From a virus (Duplodnaviria > Caudoviricetes): 64,000 nucleotides of DNA. Every line of letters begins with the position of its first letter. Positions within the stretch are counted from its first letter, which is position 1. The notes beneath the pieces are model-generated. The model was not told the origin of the DNA. It ran no database searches and worked only from the letters and a program-made list of their open reading frames with translations. The translations under genes and the position numbers were made by a program. The stretch covers positions 32,001-96,000 of the IMG/VR virus record IMGVR_UViG_2585428004_000001; one strand, written 5' to 3'. Positions 47,401 to 55,600 of the stretch are shown here, one piece after another.

Positions 47401-48894
47401 ACTACGTTGGAGCGCTTCTTGTCTTTGTAGCTTTTCATTAATCTGGTCATGCTCAGCTTGGATTCGAGATGCCTCTTGAACACGTTCTCTTTCAGCTTGA
47501 TTAACCTGCTCTTGAGTTCGTAACTGGTCTCTCATTGCATCTGTTACTCGACCTTCGAACGTATAAACTAATTCAGTCTCACGTTGCATCTGCCTCATAG
47601 CAGTTAATTGATTTTCTAAGATTTCAAGCTTTGCTCTGTCAGCATTAGATACATTGCCACCGTTATCCATTCTCTCTTTAATCTGCAAGATTTGCATTTC
47701 TAGAGCATGGACTTTTCTAAGGTTGTCCTGCATATCACGTAGAGCCTCTGCTTCTACCCTTTGTGCCTCAGTGGCTTGCTGTTTTGCTTCAATTCTCTGT
47801 CTCTCAAGTTGTCCAATTCGTCTAATGTTTTCTAACTCTTCTTGCTGAGTAGAATTCATTCTTTCACTTAAATTGTACTTCTCTTGAATTGAATTTTGAA
47901 TTCTTTCATGATGAGTTAGCTGAGATTGCAATGCTTCTTTCTCAGCTTCTGTAGCACTAAGCATCTTAGTTTGAAGCTGTTGCTTTTTATTCTCCAATTG
48001 AGCAACCCTTGATATAGCCTGTTCAATCTCTTTCTGCTCTTCTTTTACCTTTTGAGCATTTAAAGCCTGTTCTTTCATAGCTCTATTCACTTCTTGAACA
48101 CGTTGTAATTCTTGGATACTATTATCTTCAAGAGCATTCATTTTATGCTTTTCATTATACATCTGTGAAAGCACGTCTCTTTGCTGTCTTTGAATCTGTA
48201 ACTCTTGATTCATTATTTGAGATTGCTTTTCATCTGCTCCCATCAGTTGTATTTCAAGCTGATGAATTCGCTTCATTACATTTTCAATCTCTTTTAAATC
48301 AGCCAGTCTGTTATTGGTAACACTTGTGTCAATGCCACCATCTGGTCGTTCAGTTCTAACAACTGTATCTCCATTGTCATTAGTGCTAGTTGTTTTCTTT
48401 GTAACAGCATAGCTACCATCTTTTAATTGTTTGGAGATTTCTTGAATCTTACTGTACTTTGCAATTGTAGTGTTAAGTTCAGCATTCGTATCCTTGACAG
48501 CATTCTTATTGCCATCCATGGCTTGCTCAGCCTTTTTAGCACCGTCAATAAGGTCTTTCATTGTCTTGTTCATTTCATCAAGATTGAACCCAACCTTAAC
48601 TTCACGAACCTTTTTCAAGTCTGCATCAAGCTGACTGATTTTATCCTGTAGCTTTTCAATTCCTAGTAAAGCCTGCTTATATTCTACATCAAGCTTGACC
48701 TTGAACGCCTCTTCCCCCAAGGCGCTCTTAATCTTAGCTTTTGCAGAGCGTAGACTATTGCCATCAATATCGATATTGATTTTAGCATCAAAACTATTCT
48801 TTACACCTTTCCATCGTTCAGCTAACTGCTGTTGCAGTTCTCTTACTGTAGGAAATTCAACTTGTACCTCAATACCAATCTTATTTCTAGACAC
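41464..48894 (-). CDS. tail tape measure protein (2476 aa)
   Basis: Long coiled coil; TP901-type core (NETANNNAV..ELGKA..RSA..AG...GERIGTALKT). Confidence 0.9.
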   Translation of the reverse strand: MSRNKIGIEVQVEFPTVRELQQQLAERWKGVKNSFDAKINIDIDGNSLRSAKAKIKSALGEEAFKVKLDVEYKQALLGIEKLQDKISQLDADLKKVREVKVGFNLDEMNKTMKDLIDGAKKAEQAMDGNKNAVKDTNAELNTTIAKYSKIQEISKQLKDGSYAVTKKTTSTNDNGDTVVRTERPDGGIDTSVTNNRLADLKEIENVMKRIHQLEIQLMGADEKQSQIMNQELQIQRQQRDVLSQMYNEKHKMNALEDNSIQELQRVQEVNRAMKEQALNAQKVKEEQKEIEQAISRVAQLENKKQQLQTKMLSATEAEKEALQSQLTHHERIQNSIQEKYNLSERMNSTQQEELENIRRIGQLERQRIEAKQQATEAQRVEAEALRDMQDNLRKVHALEMQILQIKERMDNGGNVSNADRAKLEILENQLTAMRQMQRETELVYTFEGRVTDAMRDQLRTQEQVNQAERERVQEASRIQAEHDQINEKLQRQEALQRSIAQLQRDLIYAGQREAGVIQDAIRDEERKLNALRQELETAGALTQERRQEIAQIERAQQEQQRLNRLRQEAREKDQAFGGAQAGGLVDPYSAFMAGEQAGREILEQMVLIDEAYMRVAKVADASADSLKSFKKESYDTASELGVTADNYMKAVETWVTAGETFAESQELAKTSLIGSFVGNIDPDLMVKWMSVPLKAFETDGLKANDIINVMNETANNNAVEMEELGKAYMRSATTVKTAGVSFEELTGLITGAQEATRQGGERIGTALKTVSLNYNLIQSQMTKDQKKKFAFFDNIGINLKDTSSLTDALDKLKGKWGELSQEDQATSLFYLAGKEHSNIVTGILDQWGTVKKSISEANAEMGKGTEGSAYEEFGKQKESVRFQVAEVKNAWMELMNTIGESDGMMSKILGGLSSALQGISSMLQNDEVMSAVKLVALGVAFHALTNGALRFGDAVMTSFGRAIQNAKDVGNALRGLRRDTDDLTESQRRQQTANSASNLGGNRGSVDVDIDRDRNRNPNDVGGETRSSRRNRGADIADTAGDLASNLDRGSEAADRADGKLKGFAKTLGKAISLVPLLGDALILLDIMGVPVFEKMGSFFDGLVETQQEAIDKQDELNKKFNDKNLLMNGDMEKGQSTMSGLHKKFEATDTDANTEGIQGYMSPEEFKAFADEVNAQVEKFKLGADLKISMNDTGHIQGQLKAIDEAMEKLKAKEAVNITEKIVGDVSKAQKAQEQIAGLRFEQDQLSASADRAKQEIEKLKDANGNIKPENMQQYQYWASQLSYVEGRGKDVEATLKNQEKAYKQSQTAIQKQGAELLKLGDNMANVKVKQQDQVSTLTAMYVEHNRLKDALGRTSSAQTTLTGNTKLTNDQFQEILKNVPEAQKKYGNYSVQHVNDSGKIRNGLNELVKKENEKAQASVDSGQKAVNAMEGQIRKTGEGKGAMEANEKAIKKASDAAKELGTKVKDIPASKKTNVDVEVTGIKWLDKVINFFSRSWSKTVNVDVAGKDGTAKSVSKGNASISKSFKSMNTSASPANTNGVINKSESTNNTPPAKVNENVWRYWNTDDNVAVLDNSIKDLDRTLKSVKDDYEKMISLYSQQIQLLKQEQGELRTLKGQKESHIDEVLNKLRGYGFSTNTNTNTIGNLGHAKSLSGDQAKEAEELLNTWKSLKNELQGIDDKMQDIGNQVSDITDKIEQAKIAEEMKSFEGVLKRIDALLTSVNNTDNIYSKTLGFISGNDTELALNANEQAMNNAKSSMSSLINEFNQLSKANVAYDKNGTSLKSTLDKLGKEILSQADSIIKYQKAINDIEFSRVTHDMDEFGRVVDTNLSRLDNNIKNLKEGLMSGTDLSDLVSSNGVGLDFGRDNQFEQSAKDRIRLEEEVQQAMDAFAKKNVDRQAGVANLQLTIEANKYNQMLKMSQNYTAGLSTNFEQILGEFNNISNSSTDLDKFAGRLTEAFDYLRLEQELLAEKYDAFMDLFPEKRESLTNQYIIDNLKLQEKFYKASIKANNDAMLELKNQLKDSTLTDEQEDKIKQQITNMEKENIDSQNKIKETVKERFEFEFSLLDKAIKEYDKYSKSLDYSMKVLKSLGGDKFEAKGALMDSMLNVEKSRNSELQNTLANLKKQLVMYEEGGFEWNLINKEVEEYNKLLEDSNLQLIEMNKNIMSNSFDTTMGKLERGMFEGKTIKQFKDYHDLWITGLEREIALEEMYQKISDLKTQEFDEKMALLDKQEKLSRFEMDYLNKQLDIIELQQKLENLNKEKNIQALKKQADGTWDWEYTADADKIKETEQEIADAELKLQEAEQKAREEYINKLDKILEDAEKGQFENIEDFKEAIDDLTGAYDSMLGDFPKIKEEYLNELVDAYSKYIKENGDILENIISPETPVGGKVEDLNKELAKAFEGIGDSMAKAFAEILIAKIPSFGQANNSSQSKSVSIHLGKLEFPNVKNANGLEEAILSLPKIALQKSKEK

Positions 48895-48927
48895 TTAATC
48901 TAACACCTCTCTTTGCAATGGTTTTGT

Positions 48928-49971
48928 TTAACCTTCTTTGTTTTGATTCTTTTTCTCTCTAAGCTTCTTCATCTTCTCACGAATTTCAGCTTTAGATTTA
49001 GGCTTAACATAGTGTTTCTGAGTAGTAGAAACATCACTGTGATTCAAGAACTCTTGAGCCATTGTTAAATCACCAGTTTCTTCAACAATAAGATTACCTT
49101 TTGTTTTTCGTAAACAGTGAGGATGTAAATCTGTTAATCCCAGAATTGTACCCATCTTTCTTACTCGCATATAGATTGAAGTCTGAGACATCTTTCTATA
49201 CTCTCCATTGTATTTAATGACGAAGAAAGCATCACACTCAAGGTTATCCATGCTCTTGCGCATCTCTAACCACTGCTCAATCAGTTTCTTTGTGCCTTCC
49301 TCAAAGGTAACCTCTACTCGTTTACCACGTTTCTCACGGATGTCTACAAACATCATTTCCTCTAAGTCTAGGGAAGATATAGTTAACTTAGAAATTGCTC
49401 CATTTCTATTTGCTGATTCAATAGCGATATTCCAAATCAATAGGTCTTGGAAGTCAAACTTTCTACCCTTTGGTTTCTGAATATCTTCTACAAGAACCTT
49501 GGAGATAACATCAACTTGCTCTTGGGTTAAGAAATAGTGGTTAATAAGGCGCTCGTCATTAGCACCCTTCATTCTATCTAGTTTCTTGTCAAAAGGATGA
49601 ATGTCAATAATTCCCCTCTTAACTGCCCATACATAGTATGTAGAAACAGCAGAAAGCTTTGTGTTAATAACCTTCTTGTTATTTCCAAGCGTATCTTGAC
49701 AGAATCCAATGAACCCTTCCATGATATCTACGCCATTCTCCATTAACTCATCGTCATGAATGAAGATGTTCTCCCATTCTTCTTCTAAGTAAACAAGAAA
49801 TTGATTAAAGTAGTTTTGATACACTTTGTACGTTGTATCTTTTACATCTTTATTTTTAATGATGTTCGACTTCAGATACTTGTCGTAAGCCTTTATATTC
49901 TTAGGGTTAATTCTAGCTTTCTTTTCTTTTGTAAAATATCGCTTATAAACCCTCTTTAGTTGTTCTGCCAC
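48928..49971 (-). CDS. tyrosine recombinase (XerC/D/integrase family)
   Basis: R (SANRNGA), K (EKRGK), HxxR (HPHCLRK), H (LNHSD), Y (TQKHY) all present; SAM-like N-terminal domain. Confidence 0.9.
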   Translation of the reverse strand: MAEQLKRVYKRYFTKEKKARINPKNIKAYDKYLKSNIIKNKDVKDTTYKVYQNYFNQFLVYLEEEWENIFIHDDELMENGVDIMEGFIGFCQDTLGNNKKVINTKLSAVSTYYVWAVKRGIIDIHPFDKKLDRMKGANDERLINHYFLTQEQVDVISKVLVEDIQKPKGRKFDFQDLLIWNIAIESANRNGAISKLTISSLDLEEMMFVDIREKRGKRVEVTFEEGTKKLIEQWLEMRKSMDNLECDAFFVIKYNGEYRKMSQTSIYMRVRKMGTILGLTDLHPHCLRKTKGNLIVEETGDLTMAQEFLNHSDVSTTQKHYVKPKSKAEIREKMKKLREKKNQNKEG

Positions 49972-50015
49972 TTATATTCACCTCTTATTTTAAGATGTCA
50001 CAGTAGCCTCCTTAA

Positions 50016-50510
50016 TTAAATAACCTTTACTTCCCAACCTTGTCTGCGCAACTCTTGTGCGAGCGCTTGATACAAGCTTTTATCCAATTCAGTAGTAGAT
50101 TGTTCCATATAGTGAGCGCCATTTCTATCCCATAAAGAACCGCTTGTGCCTTCCTCAACCCACATTGGGATATAGTCTGACACGTCTTCTTCATAATCAA
50201 CATCAGCATGTTGATTCCAGTTGTCCTCTTCTGTTTCATAAGCGCCAATCTTTTCTGTATCCATATAGATTTCAAACGTTGCATACTTTGTCCCCAATTT
50301 AAAGTTGCCAATGGTTACACTGTTCATCAGTTCGTTGGTTCTCTCATATGCATAATCACCTTTTGGCATATATGCTTGATAGACCTTTTTATCAACCATC
50401 TCTTTAACAACCTTTGTACACAAATCTGCTATTGTTCCTTGGATGGACTGATAAATATCTCTCTTTAGCTGAACTTGCAGAGCAGAGACATCTTTAAATA
50501 TCTTACTCAT
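50016..50510 (-). CDS. tail completion protein (HK97 gp10-like)
   Basis: YERTNELMNS...WVEEGT...HYMEQS pattern; tail operon. Confidence 0.6.
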   Translation of the reverse strand: MSKIFKDVSALQVQLKRDIYQSIQGTIADLCTKVVKEMVDKKVYQAYMPKGDYAYERTNELMNSVTIGNFKLGTKYATFEIYMDTEKIGAYETEEDNWNQHADVDYEEDVSDYIPMWVEEGTSGSLWDRNGAHYMEQSTTELDKSLYQALAQELRRQGWEVKVI

Positions 50511-51126
50511 ATTCAGTCTTTGTTACTACAGTTGGAATCTCAGTTGCTGTCACCGTAATCTCAGACTGTACTCCACTAATCTTTGACTCTACATCTGCAA
50601 CTGCAACTGCAACTCGTTTATCCAGTTCTTCTGTTGAAGCTTCTACTTTTCTAGCAATATCAGCTAATTCTGGATTTCGTTTTGCCTGTTCTACAATCAT
50701 AGTAGGAATTGAATTGATGATTTCAGTTTGAGCAAGCATGCTGTCTGCTTTAGCAATCTCATCTTTAATATGTTCTACATATAGCTTATTTACTTCTGAT
50801 ACGATTTGAGATACAAACTTCTGTGCAAGTAAGAAGTGAAGAGATGGGTTTTCAATAACATCTTCTAATTCTTCATCTGACATACCTTCAAGACTAATGT
50901 TTGTTAACATAGGGAATAGATGTTTTAAAACTACCTTTCCACTAAGTCGTAATGTTTGACTGTCTACAAGGTTAGGATTCTCTCCTCGTTGTAAGTCAAG
51001 GATTAAATCTGCATCCTGCATAGTAGGTTCATATATTTCAATCATTCCCTGTGGGGATTTGAAGACCTCACGAATCTTTCGCTTCTCTCCTTGTGGTACA
51101 TGTAATTCTGATAATTTAATAGCCAA
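50503..51126 (-). CDS. putative tail assembly chaperone
   Basis: RBS AAGGAG favours TTG 51126; the track's 5' extension runs through two motif copies. Confidence 0.6.
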   Translation of the reverse strand: MAIKLSELHVPQGEKRKIREVFKSPQGMIEIYEPTMQDADLILDLQRGENPNLVDSQTLRLSGKVVLKHLFPMLTNISLEGMSDEELEDVIENPSLHFLLAQKFVSQIVSEVNKLYVEHIKDEIAKADSMLAQTEIINSIPTMIVEQAKRNPELADIARKVEASTEELDKRVAVAVADVESKISGVQSEITVTATEIPTVVTKTEYE

Positions 51127-51142
51127 GATATCCAATCTCCTT

Positions 51143-51235
51143 TTTAATGGTTTTGTTTTAAACCGACTTTTAATTGCAATGGTTTTGTTCAATCATTGGT
51201 AATACTAGATTAACATAAAGAGAGACTAGTGTCAA
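51143..51235 (-). promoter_or_regulatory. sigA promoter followed by two tandem motif copies
   Basis: TTGACA-17-TAATCT (51235-51207); motifs 51190-51178 and 51158-51146. Confidence 0.75.
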
Positions 51236-51265
51236 TACTAGCCTCTCTTTTTTTAATGGTTTTTT

Positions 51266-51293
51266 TAATAAAATCCATATTTTAATAATTATT
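51266..51293 (+). repeat. 28-bp element, copy 3
   Basis: TAATAAAA TCCATA TTTTAATAATTATT, overlapping the holin stop codon. Confidence 0.8.
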
Positions 51294-51780
51294 TTGATTC
51301 TTCGTCTTTTACGAATTTACCATCTTTAAACTTAGCACGAATACCGACAGTGTCGTTAATCTGCTCCATGCGGTCAACTAAGAACTTTGGGACTGGTACT
51401 CCTAAGTTTGCTAGGTTCTCAAGAATTGAACTTCCTTCAACATAAATGTAAAACCAAACAGATGCAGTTCGTAAAATAGGGTTCTCTTTGAAAAATACCA
51501 TATCCAGTAGGTTACATAATAAGATTACGATTAAGTAACCTAGTTTTGTTCCAAACCCTTTTCTTAATCTGTGACTAGAAAACTTCTTGTCAATAAAGAA
51601 TCCTTTTAGAACACCTGTGACAATATCGATTAGGATACACCAGATTAACACCTGCAATGCAGTATCCCATCCTCCTAACCAATATGTTATTCCTGTCATT
51701 CCTGCTGTGAAGTACATTGCGAACTCATTTGTGTATTTCGCTACCCCTTCAATATGACGAGCCAAAGCTTCTGTTTTCAA
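51289..51780 (-). CDS. holin (toxin secretion/phage lysis holin family)
   Basis: LGGWDTAL, IDIVTG, SSHRLRKG, EGSSILENL..LGVPVP; RBS favours TTG 51780. Confidence 0.88.
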   Translation of the reverse strand: MKTEALARHIEGVAKYTNEFAMYFTAGMTGITYWLGGWDTALQVLIWCILIDIVTGVLKGFFIDKKFSSHRLRKGFGTKLGYLIVILLCNLLDMVFFKENPILRTASVWFYIYVEGSSILENLANLGVPVPKFLVDRMEQINDTVGIRAKFKDGKFVKDEESK

Positions 51781-51855
51781 TACTTTTGACACCCTTTCAT
51801 TATGAATTTGACATAATAATTGCGATGTCAATTTACCCCAGTCCCCTCTGGGAGA

Positions 51856-52023
51856 TTACTCTGACCTCTGTTGTTGACTCTGCATTAACTGTTGTTTCTC
51901 TATTTCAGATTGCATTAACAACGACTTAAGCATAATGTTTTCTGACGTTAGCTTATGGACGGTTTCTTCGTATTGCTTTATTACTATATCTGCACTGACA
52001 TTAATATTTTGTTGATTTTCCAA
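51856..52023 (-). CDS. small coiled-coil protein (55 aa; not in ORF track)
   Basis: RBS AAGGAGG, TTG start. Confidence 0.65.
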   Translation of the reverse strand: MENQQNINVSADIVIKQYEETVHKLTSENIMLKSLLMQSEIEKQQLMQSQQQRSE

Positions 52024-52061
52024 TAAGAAAGCGCCTCCTTTCAGTCTATTTTCCTTATTAC

Positions 52062-52103
52062 ATTATAAATCACAAACAATTAAATTGCAATGGTTTTGTT
52101 TAA
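52062..52103 (-). promoter_or_regulatory. motif-overlapping sigA promoter for the holin unit
   Basis: TTGCAA 52090-52085, 17 bp, TATAAT 52067-52062. Confidence 0.8.
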
Positions 52104-52633
52104 GATTGTTCAGTTTCTTCTTTAGGAGTCTCTAATGGCTTATCCCAATCTACTGCAACAATCTCCGTATGAGTCTTTGCATCTGCAATTTTTCTTTTTA
52201 ATAAACTGTACTTAAATAGTTGAGTTCTTTTATGCTTGAAAGCCTCTCTGTACACTTGATTGAGCCATTCGTCTCTTGTATGCTCGGTATAATCTACATC
52301 TTCAGTTTTCCATTGTACTGTTTGTGATTCTTTATCAAAGAACAGCAGTTCAAGAGCCTGCCCATAAAAATTGACTTGGTCATCTAGTTTCATTCTATAA
52401 ATATGACCATTGGTAGATTTAAATCCTGTAACAATAACCTCGTCACATTTCTCAGATAGCATATCGCTCTTCAGTTTCTTATGGTGACCTAGAATATACT
52501 CCTCTGTGATTTGGGAGAGAACTGCCCCCTCCCTTTTCGCCAATGTCGTAATAAGTTCATTCTTTTGTTCCATGGTCATTCTGTCGAAGCCAATGTCTAC
52601 TAATAGTTTTTCAATTTGAGAATCGAAAATCAC
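52100..52633 (-). CDS. tail fibre assembly/chaperone protein (DUF4376-like)
   Basis: C...I..GF....Y.M...DQ.N...W...I..A......V.W pattern; follows the fibre gene. Confidence 0.65.
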   Translation of the reverse strand: MIFDSQIEKLLVDIGFDRMTMEQKNELITTLAKREGAVLSQITEEYILGHHKKLKSDMLSEKCDEVIVTGFKSTNGHIYRMKLDDQVNFYGQALELLFFDKESQTVQWKTEDVDYTEHTRDEWLNQVYREAFKHKRTQLFKYSLLKRKIADAKTHTEIVAVDWDKPLETPKEETEQS

Positions 52634-52645
52634 TTAATCATCTCC

Positions 52646-55600
52646 TTATCTGTTATTTAATTGGTTTTTTAGATATCTCACTTGTTCCGATAATTCTTGA
52701 ATTGCCTTCCATGCAAGAGTAGTCATACCATAGTTATCAACTGTCTTCTTGTCTGCTCCTTGTACTAAGAATGGTGCTTCCTCCGCAATCAATCCAATAC
52801 TTACTCTTTCATCTTCGCTCTGAGAAGTGTATCGATATTGCTTTGGAGTGGCAGAGTTAATGATATCAAGTGCGCTACCATCAAACTTATCAATATCTTT
52901 CTTATAATCCCTAGACGAAACTGTATCCCAGATTCCTGCAAGATGCGCCCAATCAGTGTCCGCAAAATTACGGAACTCAAAACGACCCACGTTATGTTGC
53001 CATTTTATCGAGCCACCATCTCCAAATCGTATGAATCGGTTCACGCTGTCGCCCCAGAATGACATGAAGCGATATCCTTGCCAGAACAAGTCAAGACCGC
53101 CATATGGCGCTTTTAATTCCATTACTCCTCTTGTACCTTTTCCAACAGGAACTAATAATCTAACTTGACCATCTGCATCCTTGATAGACCATGTAGCTTC
53201 AGAGCCTGCGCTTGAACCAGTGAGGATATTACCATACTGGTCAAACTTTACAGAGCCAGCATTTGGGAAGTCTAATGCTACACCATTAGCATCTGTCTTC
53301 TGGATATGTGGGCGACCCTTTAGAATTAAGTCTCCTCCATTCGGCTCTAACGTTATCTTCCCAACAGACCATACGTTTAAATTGTTTTGAGCAAGGTCTG
53401 TAGCGTGGCTATAGTAAGAAATCTTTCCATATCCACTTTTACCCAATGCAGATATTGATAAATAATCTGGTGTAATCGTATTCTGATATACTCCATTTCT
53501 TACCCTTATAATACCTTCATCTATCCAAGTCTCAGTGCTATCAACCTTAGACTTGGAAGCTATAGAGCCACCACTCATATAAGAGAAAGAGTTAGTCCCA
53601 TCTGTCCGTACATAAATACCTCTTAATTCTCCAGTAGTTATCTTGGAAGCATCAATTTCCATAGCTTTGAACTTGGCGATAAAAGCACTATCTGCAAATA
53701 AGTTGTTAATATTAATTTGTCTAGCAGTAACAGAGTCTGTCTTAATCTTGCCACCGTCAATAACAGTTACATTGCTCTCTGTAGTTGTAACAGAGTCAAT
53801 CTTATTTTGAGCATTGTTAGCTAACGACTTAGCTGTTTCATTAATCTTTTTGATTAACTGAGCCAGTCTGTCATAATAGTCGTCAAACTGCGCACGGAAT
53901 GTAGCACCAACAACAGTAGAAGTAGTGGTCATATTTGTAAGTATTCCACCAGTTCCATTAAGAGCAGTGTTCAGAGTGTTATAAGCATTAACGTAGTTTG
54001 TCTTCTCTGTTGTAATCCCATATGTCGTAGCTAAAGCCTCGTATTGTGGCTTTTCAGCTACCATTGTAGCCCATTCCTTTTTCAATTGGACTTTTTCTAC
54101 AGGAGTAATTTTACTATCAGAGGACATATCTGCGATAGCACTTTTAGCCTCTTGAGCCTTCGTGTCTGCGTTAGTACCAATAGTTCTAGACAATTCATTA
54201 ATCTTTTTGATTAATTGAGCCTTTTTGTCATAATAGTCGTCAAAGGTATTTCTGAACGTAGTTCCATTAATATCGCTTGTCACTGTTGTATTAGTAAGGA
54301 ATGGAGAGATAAATGTATTCAATGCATTGTAAGCATTAACATAATTTGTCTTCTCTGTCGTTACTCCATATGTTGTGGAAAGCGCCTCATACTGTGGCTT
54401 CTCAGCAGAAATCGTTGCCCACTCTTTCTTGAGCTGTTGCTTTTCGATTGGAGTAAGCTTACTATCGTTTGCCATGTCAGCAATAGCATTTTTGGATTCT
54501 TGAGCCTTTTTGTCAGCATCGTTAGCTAATATTCTAGCAGTCTCATTAATCTTTTTGATTAGCTGAGCCTTTTTATCATAGTAGTCATCAAAAGTGCTTC
54601 TAAATGTCGCTCCGTTGATATCACTTGTGGTAGTCATATTAGAAATAATAGGAGTAACTGCTGTATTCAAGGCATTATAGGCATTAACATAGTTTGTTTT
54701 CTCAGTAGTAATTCCATAAGTAGTAGACAGTGATTCATACTGAGGTTTCTCAGCAGTAATAGTTGCCCATTCCTTTTTCAATTGGAATTTCTCTACTGGA
54801 GTGACTTTATTATCGTTAGACATATCAGCGATAGCTTTCTTAGACTCTTCTGCCTTTTTGTCTACATCAGAAATAATTTGGTCAATATCCCCTTGAGATA
54901 ATCCCCAAGATGTTGCAACGTTCCCCTCCTCAATTTTTAAATTGTTGACACGAATCCAAGCATAACCATTTGAGCCTGTTAAGTCTCGTTTTGTCGCACC
55001 TGCTATAAGGATATAAGCGTTGTCATCATCTCTATCTGCTTTAAAGGTCAGTTTCACTTTATAATAGTATACCGTTGCTCCAGTATAAACTGGTGCTACT
55101 TGTGGGAAATCTGTGACTTTAATGTCTCCAAGTCTGCGATTGCCACCTTCTACTGTGTACATGAGGTACATGTAGTCAAGGATATCTCCCAACTCACTTG
55201 TAGCGACATTCATAGATAGAGTATACTCTTGTCCTTTTTTAACAGAGAACTTTCTTCCGTTACCTTGAAGACCTACAGTAGCGCCTTTAGGAACAGCCAG
55301 TTGAGCGCCTGCATCATCTTTTGTTTCTACGTAAAGACTTCTTCCAATTGGAGCGATGATTCCATAAGCACCAACCTTGCCATAAGCTCCCCAACGAGAC
55401 CAACCACTAGCACTTAAGAACTCTGTACCAGATACTAACTGATTTCCACCGATAACCATTCCATCAATCTTATTATTAGCACTGTCGCCAATAGATTTAG
55501 ATGTTTCATTTACCTTTCTGATTAACTTGGATTTTTTATCATAGTAATCATCAAAGACACCTCTAAAGGTTGTTCCATTGATAGCGCTTGTTACTTGCAT

